A stretch of 63,498 nucleotides of DNA, filler included, from Atractiella rhizophila (lineage: Eukaryota), in the NCBI GenBank assembly GCA_021432655.1. It is 5 parts of 5 records of this genome, joined end to end, with 100 filler letters (N's around TTAATTAATTAA, not from the genome) between each part and the next. Parts side by side here need not be neighbours in the genome. Positions count along the whole stretch, not along the records: positions 28,208 to 58,825 come from MU271681.1; 4 more parts are not named here. The stretch is one strand, 5' to 3'. The position numbers were made by a program, and so were the translations under genes. Every line of letters starts with the position of its first letter. Positions within the stretch are counted from its first letter, which is position 1. Shown here in pieces: positions 38,990-51,330 of the stretch. The notes below the pieces were generated by a model. The model was not told the DNA's origin. It ran no database searches and saw only the letters and a program-made list of their open reading frames with translations.

Positions 38990-41065
38990 ATGTATTTGCA
39001 CGCTTCATTCTTCGGTCTCTTTCTGACCGCTCTATCTCTCCCTCCGCAGCGCCCATTCAGCAATTCTGATTCACCCCCATTAAGAGCATTATCTGAAGGG
39101 CAATGGGATCTCACGAAACAACCACACCGTGACGATACCTCTGCTTTCGCATTTGATACCATTTCGAATTTGTTACAACACTGGCCCAACACTCGTTTGC
39201 GAAACGGTGAGCTTTACCTGGCTAAAACCAAAGTACCGAGTTGACTGCTTCAGAGCTTAGGTCATAACATTGTGCCTGGTCCGTCCTCCTTCGTAGAAAG
39301 TATACGGCATTGAAAGATGGCAGGCCTAATTAAACCCGGTACAATTTTATACCATGGTACACCTTCGCCTCCTAAATCCTCTCACTCACACTAACAATCC
39401 GAAAGGCGCGGATGGTAACACCACGCCAACTGTTCCTGAGTGGTTTGCCTTCGCACCTGGTGAGACTCTTTAATACGTTTGCAAGCTTAGACCCTGCTCA
39501 CATTTTGCAACAGAGCATTCCTCTGGCTTTGCACGGCAGGGTTGGCATCTGACAATCGTGGTCGAACGTCCCATCAAATGCCTTTACTTTGATGGGAGTT
39601 CTGGAGCCAAAATGCCATATGGCAGTCTCGTCTGTTTCTTCCGTTGAGCCTGTAGCGTGTCCCTTGCTCAATAGTGTTGGATCAGGATACTCAGGATCTG
39701 ATACAGAATGGTGGATTTGAGGAAAGGACAGATGAGAGGCGAAGGATACGAGACATATGTGCTTGGGGCAAGAAACGAGATGTTGAAGCTTTTGTGAGGT
39801 AAGCCTTTGACCATGAGTGAACTAGCTTGACTGATGGATCCACAGAACGGAACAAGACTTGTGCGTTTCTATTCACTTTGAGCAATGGAATTGAAGGAAC
39901 GTACAGCGAAATTATGCTCTGTGACCCGTCCTCTCCATCAGTGAAAATCGTTTCTTGGCAACAGCTACCTTGGATTCTGCATGATCGACCACAGAGAGGT
40001 CCCGGACGAGGGCCTGGTGGACCTGGAAGAGGACCTGGTGGACCGGGAGGATGGCCTCCTCCGCCTGACGAAGAGACTTTCGTCCCCAACACTATTCCCG
40101 ATTTTCCTCCGCGATTCAGCTTCTCCGAAGCCCATACATTAGAGACCATCAATGCAGGATCTCGACACAACACCTATCCAGGAAATGAAAATGTGGAACT
40201 CTTCCTTTCTCACCTCGTCTCCTTTTACGATACAGAAAGGTTTCCCTCCCTCATTGAAAGTAGGCGGGGGCGGAAGAGGATGGATCACCGGCTGATTGAT
40301 TTGTCGAAAGAAGATATAAATCGTTTCCAAAATTTGTCCTGGGAACTTGCTTGGGAGGAAAGCGGGGGAAGAGTCGATTGGCGTCGCATCATACGATCGT
40401 TGAAGGACCGTCACTACCGTCGGCTTACGACAATGAAGCAGATATTGTTCGGTTCTTCCAAAAATTTACCAGACGACGAAAAGCGATTTAACCTCACCGT
40501 TTTACAAGCTCACGTCACTCTTGCTCCCTACCTTTTCACCCTCCCCACATTGGATAACGTAACTCGTAAAGAGTGGATTGTGCCTGCTTGGCAACAGTGT
40601 TCGTTCGCTCACACAGCTTTCCTGCCATCGACCTTGGCTGGGGAGACGAAAGCGGACAGGTTCATCAAAAAGAGTGTGGAGGTCGTGGAGACGGAAATTT
40701 GCCGTGTTGCATCTCTTATCCTCGCTGAAGGAGCTGCCAAAGCAGCAGGGAAAGGAGAAGCTATTGACAAAACCCTGGACATTTGGCGGGAACAGTTGCG
40801 AAGCTTGTTTGAATGGCTAGATTGGAGCGAATGGGTTGTCTGCGAACCTGAATGTTCTGTCGAGGTATGCATCTTCTCTTCTCTAGCAACATAGTCCCAA
40901 TGATTATCTCAGGAGATTTGTTACCTCCCTACCTGGCCATACTTTCGAGGAGCTTTTGGTCGTGGCGAACCAGAGGGTGGTCCAGATCAGTCATGGTGGT
41001 ACCCCAAGCCTACTTGCATCAGAAAGTTTGAGCCATATACAACCAACGCTGCTTTTGATGCATAA
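38990..41065 (+). CDS. Secreted uncharacterised fungal protein, probably YOR389W-like family
   Basis: Signal peptide; motifs LLQHWPNTRLRNGH, PGTILYHG, PEWFAF..EHS, LYFDGSSGAK, DTQD and EIMLCD; C-terminal WLDW..C.PEC..EICYLPTWP. Family assigned from remembered motifs. Confidence 0.75.
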
Positions 41066-42200
41066 TGTGTAACTAGAATGAACCCCGATGGAATTCTGAA
41101 TATCATACACGGTAGCAACAATCCCAGAGAGCAACACTAAGCCTTCTTTGTTTTATTGAGCTTGTCGAATCTGTTCAGAAATACCACTCCACCAAACAGA
41201 GCTGCGACAGTCCACTTCAGCTAAAAGGTAACACATTGTTAGATAATGACGTTTCAAATAAGAAGACGGATACCTTTTCTGCGCCAGTCACTCTGGAACT
41301 GGAGCACTTCTTCCACATCAACGCTGTTTCTAGAACATGCGCTATCCCCAAAATCTTAATGATAAGAGGGAAAATGTTTCTAATGACACACAATTAGTTC
41401 AATGGCGCCTTTATCTAGGTCGTAGAGGAGAAACGCACGGATTGTTTGTTTTGGTTTCTACAGCCTGGCGAAAAGCGACGAGATAACCGGAGGGGTTATA
41501 CGCTGCAGTGAGAAGGAAGACTGCGAACCTGAATGTTCTGTCGAGGTATGCACCTTCTCTTCTCTAGCAACATAGTCCCAATGATTATCTCAGGAGATTT
41601 GTTACCTCCCTACCTGGCCTTACTTTCGAGGAGCGATTGGTCGTGGCGAACCAGAGCATGGTCCAGATCAGTCATGGTGGTACCCGAAGCCTACTTGCAT
41701 CAGAAAATTTGAGCCATATACAACCAACGCTGCTTCTGATGCGTAATGTGTAACTAGAGTGAACCCCGATGAAATTTTGAATATCGTACACAGTAGCAAC
41801 AATCCCAGAGAGCAATTCTTAAGCCTTCTTCGGTTTATTGAGCTTGTCGAATCTGTTCAGGAATACCACTCCACCAAACAGAGCTGCGACAGTCCACTTC
41901 AGCTAAAAGGTAACACAATATTAAATAATGACGCCTTCAAATAAGAAGACGGATACCCTTTCTGCGCCAGTCACTCTGGAACTGGAGCACTTCTTCCACA
42001 TCAACCCTGTTTCCAGAACATGCGCTATCCCCAAAATCTTAATGATAAGAGGGAAAATGTTTCTAATGACGCACTATTAGTTCAATGCCGCCTTTATCTA
42101 GGCCGTAGAGGAGAAACGCACGGATTGTTTGTTTTGGTTTCTACAGCCTGGCGAAAAGCGACGAGATAACCGGAGGGGTTATACGCTGCAGTGAGAAGGA
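40840..42200. repeat. Direct tandem duplication of about 680 bp (40840-41519 and 41521-42200) covering the convergent 3' ends of two genes
   Basis: Units start CTGCGAACCTGAATGTTCTG and end CGCTGCAGTGAGAAGGAAG, with scattered substitutions. Confidence 0.95.
41137..41519 (-). pseudogene. 5'-truncated duplicate of the TMEM254-like gene
   Basis: Copy of the 3' exons ending LNKTKKA*, with no start codon. Confidence 0.65.
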
Positions 42201-42285
42201 AGGCGACTGCGCCACCAGCTATGAGGAGAGTCGAATCAGTCGGCGGGGGAAGGGAAAATTTTGGTCCGGCAGGGGCAGACGACAT
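41819..42285 (-). CDS. Small membrane protein, TMEM254/DUF4499-like
   Basis: MSSAPAGPKFSLPP..LLIAGGAVAFLLTAAY, then IIKILGIAHVLETGLMWKKC, then LKWTVAALFGGVVFLNRFDKLNKPKKA*. The AHxxE and W..FG pattern is recalled for this family. Confidence 0.6.
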
Positions 42286-43519
42286 CTGCGCATTAGCAAT
42301 GGAAGCAAATGTCAATGTCAGGGCGCCGCTATCTCAACCTTTAGAATAAACAAGCGACTTCAATCTCTACATCAACAACACGTTACAAGGTATGTAACCT
42401 TCAGGACCTCTTATATCCTGCACGGTGGGATAGAATGTGCATCCAAGCCCGACTGAACATTGAAGAGGTGGAGAGGTCTTGAAATAAAATCATTTATCGC
42501 TTGTCCACCCTCAGCAGCTTTCACCACAGTGTGTTATTCTGCATCTTGTCATAGAAACTGTGAGACGTTAAGGGCTCAACACAGGGATAATGAAGGACCC
42601 AAAAATTCTTCAGCTCATTGCTGACTGAACGTATCATTGCCGCCGCAGGCACTCAGTTAGAGAACTCACCTTACAAAACTTCAGTCAAGGGATAAGAACA
42701 ATCGAAACTTAGCAGCCACGATGGTGCTGCCATCGTCCTCTTTATTGGCACGATTGAATTGCAACTGGAACGGACAGCCACGGCAATCGGCTGGGCAATC
42801 GGTAACTGTTTCCCGCTTCCACTGCGATGACTTCTTCGCGACGTTGGAATAGATAGTATGTGATGCATTGGGATATTTCGAAAGATAGTGATGTTTAGTT
42901 ACTACACATAAAGGTTGCATAAAGACCAAGGCAAACATTAGTCCTAACTTTCCGTCGATGCGATCGATGCTGATTGAGGTTGATATATGATATGGTGCAG
43001 GTCACCTTCGACTTAGCATGTCACGGTCGGTTCATCGTTCAGGGGAGGGGCACGTCGAAGCTTGCTTACGACGCAAAGGATGCCAGACTCATTCGAGTGG
43101 CTGCGCTGGAGCTGCCAGAGTAGCATCGCCGCCACAACCTCCTTGTTAGGTCACGTAGTGGATTCCGTTGAGGCGACATGCGGCACAACGACAGCAGCCG
43201 CCTTCCTGGCAGCATCTCGCAACCATCCAGGCATCACTCGATGGGACGACTCCATCAATCCAGAAAATCTGAATCACTGAATGGTGTAGTTTAGTGATGT
43301 TCTCAGGATGCTTAGTCGTAGTCTCGTCCTGGGCGAACGCAATTCTCATGATCACTTTTATTTTATTTATCGCCTGAGCACCTGAGCTCCTCAGCGGTCT
43401 GCCTTTCAAAGTTCCCGTATTCGCGTTCAAGTTAGGAATGTATTTGTGAGATGCCGGGAGCAAGACTGATATTCCCCTTTATATTTTAGGAGTCGTTGTC
43501 ATTATTTTACCCTGAAGCA

Positions 43520-45052
43520 ATGCGAACACCAATTGTGCTCATTTCTGAGCGCGACAACGAGTTATACGACACCTTTACGTTGGGTCTAGACTGGACCGAC
43601 TCCTTTGAAGACGCCTTCCCAATGGTCCGAAAAATTTCTTTGCACTTCCTACCTTGGGATTGGACTGGACGCCTCACGAGAAAGCAGAAGATTCGCTTTC
43701 TGCCAAGTTGGCAGAATTATCTTTCAGACACAATTCATATCTATCTGAGCCCGTTACAATGCGCTTTGGAGCTCGTGGGGCACCCTATGCCGCTGGAAGG
43801 CACATACCAGGCTGAAGGTGACGAGACTGTCACCGTCGAGTTAGCTTTTGGCCTAGAAGCTCAGATATCAACCTTCCCCATCACTCTGCCAAGCTTTTCC
43901 TTTGCTAAGCTCCCAAGCCCTAGAATTTCACATCTCCAGCTTACAACCATTCCTCCACCTACAAAATGTCCAATCGCTTCTCTGCCTCCAGAACTTTTAT
44001 CACTTATTTTGGAGCAGCTTGTCCGAGACCACCCTGATGCTTATAAAGCTTGCTCTAGCGTTTGTAAACTTTGGCAGGATCACATGCGTGTCTTGGATCC
44101 GGAGCCCTCTTCGGGATTTGTCAAGTGTCAAAGACTCGCGTCTGATCCTGGAATGAGAAAACTCTGGACCACTTTACAGTGTGGTTTAGTTGATTCTCTA
44201 AACGTAGATTTTCGGAACCTAGTCGATTTAGCAGTTCGGTTTCAACAAACAATAACCACTGTCAAACTGCATTGTCCTGACAGGTCTGACAAGGGGAACA
44301 ACTTGACCAGTTTGGCAGAGCTGAGCTCAATACAATCTTTGGCCCTTTTCGATTGGCCACAGCAGTCATTGCTTAACTTCCTTGAAACCACTCGCTCCTG
44401 GCCCAAAATATACAAGATCCACTTGTCATGTTGGCGTGATAGTGCAAGCTTGCCTCCTGACTTGTCTTTGAAGGAAACATACATTCGGCTACCATCGCCA
44501 GCCAACCTATTTGATGTGACGCTTGAGCATCTCTACATACCAACGTTTATCTATCCTATCTTCTCTGGACCAAAATTATCTTATTTACACCTCCAAAGTT
44601 GCCTTTTTATTGCATTTGCGTCAATCTTTCATCCCCAGAAAGAGCTGACGGTCAATTTCGATCCATCGTCATGGTTCGAACATCTCGACCTCACCAACTT
44701 GGTATTTTCAAAAAGCCTGCAGCCCACCGTACTGCTTGACATGGACAAACTACGCCTTGATGGCGGCCACGAAGACAGCAACCTCGTCTCACACGATTTG
44801 TTCTCAAGTCGCGAGTTGCATTCTGTCCGTCTTTTCCACATCGAGCTACATTTTTGTTGCATCGATTTTCATGGATTCACGGATTTCCTAACATCCTATG
44901 CGCCAAGGCTGCTCTCCGTGCGCCTTTTCTTTGGCGAATGGCGGCAAGAGGACCTTAGGATAGCATTCATCCTAGCGTCTGAGCTTTATGGGAACCACAT
45001 GGAGGAATTCTTCAGCCTTGAAGAGTCACCTGAAGACGATATTGTGACATAG
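43520..45052 (+). CDS. Intronless F-box-like protein with an LRR/RNI-like C-terminus and an unassigned N-terminal domain
   Basis: IASLPPELLSLILEQL...CSSVCKLWQ F-box-like motif followed by LxxLxL repeats. Confidence 0.75.
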   Translation: MRTPIVLISERDNELYDTFTLGLDWTDSFEDAFPMVRKISLHFLPWDWTGRLTRKQKIRFLPSWQNYLSDTIHIYLSPLQCALELVGHPMPLEGTYQAEGDETVTVELAFGLEAQISTFPITLPSFSFAKLPSPRISHLQLTTIPPPTKCPIASLPPELLSLILEQLVRDHPDAYKACSSVCKLWQDHMRVLDPEPSSGFVKCQRLASDPGMRKLWTTLQCGLVDSLNVDFRNLVDLAVRFQQTITTVKLHCPDRSDKGNNLTSLAELSSIQSLALFDWPQQSLLNFLETTRSWPKIYKIHLSCWRDSASLPPDLSLKETYIRLPSPANLFDVTLEHLYIPTFIYPIFSGPKLSYLHLQSCLFIAFASIFHPQKELTVNFDPSSWFEHLDLTNLVFSKSLQPTVLLDMDKLRLDGGHEDSNLVSHDLFSSRELHSVRLFHIELHFCCIDFHGFTDFLTSYAPRLLSVRLFFGEWRQEDLRIAFILASELYGNHMEEFFSLEESPEDDIVT

Positions 45053-45258
45053 CTTCGCCATTTTGATCTTTCCACTGGCACCAGAGCAATTCCTGCTTAC
45101 TCTCCCACTTCGCTCTTCTGTGCAATGGAATTCGGAATTGCAGGAGCCTTCAGTGTTTTAAATGAATGTTAAGCTTTTGCGTCTGAATATGGGAAGGAGA
45201 GATTAAGTGGCCAAAGTGTAACAGATTGTATCAGCATTGTAGTTATCTATATCCGCAC

Positions 45259-47011
45259 CTATATCGCATCAATCAGGAGCCCAGAATCCTTAAGCTCGCC
45301 TTGCATCCACCCAGATGATTTCCTTACCGCCTTCAGCGCAGGTATTGCTGCCCAGATTTCTAGAAGCTTTGCGCGATTTTCAAACTGCATGCTCTGAAAG
45401 ATAATATTAGGCCCTCCTGATTGCCGGTATGAGTTCATGAATGTGTTCCAATGATCGCCCTCGAAGCGGAAAGGTATAGCTGCGGCGACGAAAGAGCATT
45501 CCTTCTGCTGAACCACCTCAAGCAACTTTTTGCACACAGCTTCGTTTACAGAGTCAGTCACTTCCTGGTCTTGCATAGGCTCGAGCATCAACTCAAATCC
45601 TAGCATTCCGTCCGATCCCCGCAGGCAAAAGTCAGTTTGAAGCTCGTGCCACCGTAAGTGGTCGCAGTGGATGGAGAGTCCTAAAGCAGAGGAAGCGGCA
45701 AATAGTAGCTGGTTCTCATTGGGGTGGTGAGAAATGAGTTGGAGCACGACGGTGATCCAGAGTTCGTCCTTCCTCTGTATGAGTAAATCGTGGACGGTAC
45801 TGCACCAAGTCAAACAGTCGGAAGCCGTGTTGACGCAGAAAGTGAGGGCTATGAGGTGAACAGACTGCTTGAAGAAGTGGTTATAAGAAGCTTGGTCCAG
45901 GTCCCCATGTGACACCACAATTTCCTTCAATTTCAAGAAGGAGCATGGCTCGGTAGTAAAGTTGTTTGCTTGCAAGCGAAGATCTATGGACATCAGAGAT
46001 ATCCGCTCCAGATCGGTTTGCTGACAAAACATAGGCATGATCTGGCAAATTGGAAGCAGAGAATCCCAACTGATGCTGAGATCTTTCAGATGGGGGAAGT
46101 AAGGGATGATTCCAGGCGAAGCTGTACTGACAGCTCTGTCATCATCATCGTCGATGTTGATTTCGAGAATCTGAAGAGATTCTTTAAAGAAATGCAAGCA
46201 GGCGATAACATCTCGACAGGACGTCCCCACACCCATCCAAACAAATTCCCTAAGGTGCTCTAAAGGTGAGGAAGGTAGGAATCGGGAGATTGGTCCATGA
46301 CCTATCGTGGTTAAGTAGAGACTCCGAATGTTTGGGAAACGAGGCATTGCTTCGAATCTATCTCCACAACTGAAGGGCAAGGAGATCCCGAGTTCACGCA
46401 AGTCCGGTGACTGTGCATTTAACTTGTGAATCATTGGCTGTAAATGGGAATCTGTAGGAGCATAAGCCATGCTTGGAATTATCGAGTGCAGACCAAGCGC
46501 ACCTTCATCGTCAATCGCAACCGCAGCATAGAAACACTCAATGCCCTCGAGTACGCGTATCAGCTGATAGGATGGCGCAAAGTCTTCCTTCAGACGGATC
46601 ATGAAGCAGATTGATTTCACCGCTCTGCGCTTGCCACGTTCGATAAACTCCAACAGACCAGAGAGTTTTCTCGGGTCGATATCGTTAGCCGACCATCCAA
46701 GATCGCTCTCAATCCAAACTTCCTCAGCTGGGTGCCAATCCAATTGACGTCGCGAGTGGAAAGTCGCGAGAGTTAGAGAGCAGAACTTGCGGCACAGCGA
46801 GTTTGGCAATACTAAGGCGTTGGATTGGGATTGACCACGCTTTTGATATTAGTGCGAAGGAAAGGAATTGGGTTGCCCCGGCGTCCGACATGGCGTCGTG
46901 GAGTTGTTCCAGTATCATCTGAAAGAGTTCCCCTGGAAGGTAGCTAAAGGGTGCAAACTGGTGCCCTTCATCTGCCACTGAGCCTGCAGAAGCTGGGTTG
47001 CGCATTTCCAT
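45259..47011 (-). CDS. F-box-like/LRR protein split across two frames (probable intron, or a frameshift)
   Basis: FSYLPGELFQMILEQL...ALISKAWSIPIQRL, then a 516-aa ORF with FPNIRSLYL and FPHLKDLSI repeats. Confidence 0.7.
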
Positions 47012-47377
47012 GATTAACGGTGTAAGGGTATTCTACCTGTGTCTTGGACAAGGGCAGAAAGACAGGGGAAGACTAACGTTCCAACAACGATAACATGAAA
47101 GACTTCGACGGAGAGGATGTTTTCGCTAACTTTTTTTGCGCTACAAAGACTGATTGATCCTGTCAAAATAAAATTCAATCCAATGCCTGACCGACTCCGA
47201 TTACTGTAATATGAACCTAAGGGATAGTGACCGTGGCTGTGCACATGTTCAATGGACATATTTGATGTGGACTGGAAGTGCTCTCCCTGGTCGCTTTGAT
47301 ACGCTAGTACAGCGAGCTCTTCAGTAGAACGTCATGATAACTAATTCCCTTCGTACAGTCATTATATATATACAAAT

Positions 47378-49818
47378 CTAGAAAAAGCTGGTAGGGCCAG
47401 CCACTACGACTGGCTTCTCCTTCTTGAATGATTTGATTGTCTAGTGGACGATATCAGACGGGCATATGGTGCAACCAAGGAAGCTTACCTCTTTCGACAC
47501 CCTCAAGTGGTCCGCAATGAGATCCACAGGTGCTGGACCAACAGTCAGTTAATGAAGCCAGAAGGCAAAAGACGGACTCAGAGCCATCCATTGATTAAGG
47601 GCAATATCAGCATAGTGATCACTCTTGAAGACCTCGAGGAAAACACAAGGCGTATCCCTAATAGCAATGACCTGGGATTCTGCACACAGAACGAGGAAGC
47701 TTACGAAATGCATTCAGAATATGTGCCTCCATTCTGCGTGATGTATCCAACATCTTCGGCAACAGTTAGGGTTGACCAAAAAAGGTTGCAATATAGGCGT
47801 ACCTCCAGGATGAAACTAAGTACAAATCACTTAGTAGTTGTAAACTGGAGAAGAAGGTACAGACCTCGTATGTTGCGGCGTTTGAGTTGGCGGCGAAAAC
47901 TCCAATTCGGAGAGTGCCTATATGGAATGTAAATGCCAGCGTTGCTTACGTCCAACCAAAACTAGTACCGTTGATTACGTAGGACTTGATACAGAAGGTA
48001 TCAGTCTCGGTTTTTAGAGCACGAGTGAGGCTTACCCATCTACGGTGTGGTTAGCCATGAACACGGTAAAAGAGAGGAGGAAACGTACTCATCAGAGTTA
48101 GGATGCCAGTGAAGCTCCCTAATAGCTCCAGGATTGATTGTCACAAGCGCAGCAGCGATAGCTGTACTGGCAGGGAAGTTGGACGAATCAACAATCTTAA
48201 CGCTCCCTGCACAACTGTCAAACCAGCCACCGTGCTGAAAAATGAAACAGACCTCCAGATAGTTGCTTGGCTTGTTGTTGGCTCAACGCGTATACGTAGG
48301 AGCTATGGGATTGATCAGTACAAGAACCGGCACCAAGTGGCGGAAGGCTGACTTCGGTACTTCTCCAAAAGGACTAACAATGTCCTGTTTCTGTTCATCG
48401 ACTGAATCTGGCACCGGAGCCTTGAAGATGTACAACTGGCTTCCGGGAAGATCTGAGAAAGCTGTCGACTGAGCGGAAAATCCGAAATTCTTGTCTAAGA
48501 CGCCCATAGGAGTGTGGATAAGCCTGTAGTCCCGATAAGTGAAGCGATGTATTCCATGAAGAAGCGGCGTACCAATCGGTTAACAAAAAGGTAGAGTCTT
48601 CGTCCTGTTTTCGGTTAAGCAGGGATCTTACTCCTTGGGCAAAAACTCACAAACCCTCCATCATCCTAATGCAAAGTCAGACGAAATCGTTAATAGGAGA
48701 TTGACTTACGAAGACGAGTAAAAATTCAGCGCCGTCAGGATCGTCATCTGTGGCTTGAAGGACATGCCTGCAATTGAGTTAGAGCGAACAACAGTGAGCA
48801 AGTTGACTCGACCTACGGGACGCCAGCAGGGAAGAACTATGAACGGATTTAGTACCAACATAACTGGTAACCTTGAAATCAATCTTACCCAAAGGTCTCC
48901 AGCATTGGTCTTTCCGACGAAATTCCTTCCGTCAGGACTTCCGAAATTGTCAGAACTTCAACAAACGGAGCAGAAAGAGAGCGGACTCGACAGCCGAGCT
49001 GAATAAGTATTAGTAGATTCGTGGATGGTTCTTTCACAAAACATACACAATTACGGATCCTTTGAGGACGTAAGCCCATCTGTGAGATCAATCACTTAGC
49101 TGGAGCTCAAAACAAACAGAATCGATCGCACTCAGAAGCGCCTGTGCTTTTTTTTAGTAAAGGACGGTGAGAAAATACCAGGAGACATACTATGCCAGTG
49201 AAGTTCTCGAATCGCGCCAGCTTGAAGCCTCATGTTGACGCCTGCCAACTGGTCAACTCACTGGGAAAAGGAAGTGAAAATGACAAACCAGCCATCTGAG
49301 TGGCAATGGGCAAGTGAATGACCGTTTGTTGCCTCGCCCATCCGCCGTCCTCAACACGATTGTGCGACAACGCGAAAGGCCACCTTTGAATTTTTGAGTT
49401 TTTCTCTCAAATGGACAAGTGAAGAAAAGCTACTTGGCGTTATACACTTGTCCATGATCCGTGGTCGGCTGTCGAACGGTCACTATTCTGCCTTTGAGAA
49501 AATCGGGGAACGTACAGGGGCGACCGTATCAGGGTTCTGATTCTGAATCTGTGGATTCTGAGGTCCCATAAAGTCTGCTCCATTGCTTCCTCGAATTGGT
49601 ACGACGGGATCGCTCGCGTTATCCCATGTCAAAGGTTCGTTAGTCGAATTCGAAACAGCAGGGCCAGTGTTGGTACTGCCAGGAATAGCGACATGTTGTT
49701 CGACTCCATTGATTGCTCTAACTTCTAGCTTCACTTCAGCCTCGTCGCCCACGATGACAGGTGACGAATGAGCTAGCCAGGCTGACGCGAGAAAGTTCAA
49801 GATAGTGGAGTGCTTCAT
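47378..49818 (-). CDS. oxdC: Secreted oxalate decarboxylase (bicupin), many small exons
   Basis: Signal peptide; [65 protein letters not shown] and VLDKNFG. Ends [14 protein letters not shown]. Confidence 0.92.
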
Positions 49819-51330
49819 GGTCTCTTGAGTCGTTAAAGTCTCAGAGGGAAACTTGAGGGATCTTTTGCAAAGTGACTGCCTTTATGTAGGAGACATTTAA
49901 GCTCTCATGATCGCTTCACCCTCCTCACCACACTAAAAGAAGGCTGACAGAATAACTCTGCATACCACCTCACGGCCAAGAAAAACCATTTTCGCTTTGC
50001 GTCCCTTCGTCTCGACGAAATCACCCAGAACGCGCAGGAGTACGACTATCGGGACATCATCCTTTCCGTCCATAGGCCTTCAAGGCACCATTGCTCGAGA
50101 CCAGTCCCGCTGGCGAAACCTACTCTGGAATATTTTTAGGCCCCGCTCAATTGCAGGCTAGCTGAAGAAAGTTTCGCCACCCCCGCCGCTGGTCGCAAGC
50201 ATCACAGGATAAATATCTGGACAGTGAGGAGACGCGTGTCGATTACTGTCGCAACGGAAAATTTGTTGAGTAGTCGCGACTTTGACGACAAGTATAGATC
50301 TCCTCTCGTCGGGCGGCCCTCAATGATCCTGTTTGCACTACATTACATTATGCTGTGAACGAGCTGAGGACCGGGGCGAGCACCCTTGGCAATTTCATCT
50401 CACGCAGCTGCTCAGCAGGACAACCCTCATCAGAAGAAAGAGGAAGCGGAGATGAAAGAAAGAGAAGCAAATGGATCTCTTGGAGAGTTGATAGAAAGCT
50501 CTTCACTCCTATTCTCATATAGGAAACAGCGCCGTTCTAGACGCAAACGTAGCACCTACCGACGTGCGTCAAGTAGCAACGAATGTGTGACTGTCTGAAC
50601 CAAACAAGTGGTGACTATTGAGCCGGCTGCAAAGGCTTCAACGACCTCCTGCTCACAACTTCACTCGCATTTTATTCGAAAAATATTGTTGACGGAATGG
50701 TTTAGCTTCTCGCCGCTAAAAGAGCGAATGTATTCATCCATCCCTCTGCACACACACCAAGTGCAGCACAACACCACCGGTGGCTCTTTTAAATAAATTA
50801 ATCATTCCCCATGTATTTCATCTCTGCTGGAACGAAGATGTAATAAATGAAGATGGCCTGTTGTAGCGGATAGCAGCCATTTCTGTGCGCCTGGATGAGG
50901 AAAACGTTGCGGGAGCGGAACAGAGAAGGTGGAAGAACACTGCGAATGACAAATTAAACATTAGATATCCGTCGTGCTCGTTATACGCAGTCCTCCCGAC
51001 CACAGCAATTGATTGACCTTTGCCAGAAGAAAAGAACGCACGCCTGTGGCTTCCTCAAACTTCGAATGGTCCGAAATCAGATCCATGACAGCATCACACA
51101 AATCATTCTCTGCCCCACCGCTGTCCAGATCCCCTGCCAGATTTCATTGAGCACAAGAAAGACATTGAAATTTGAACACCATCGTTTTTTCTTCTGGTCG
51201 CTCATCCAAACGGGCGGAACCTAATCCGGAAGCATTCCCCAGACGCCACTACGTCACATTATCTATCGCAGCTTTATCAATCTACATCTTCCACTCGCCA
51301 ACAACGCTTCACCGCGAGCCATAACAAGTT

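Noticed and set aside
46724..46812. Apparent frameshift or pseudogene in the F-box-like gene
   Set aside because: An intron of about 86 nt (GTATTG...CTAAC...CAG) restores the frame as RLTEEVWI, so pseudogene status is not supported without cDNA.
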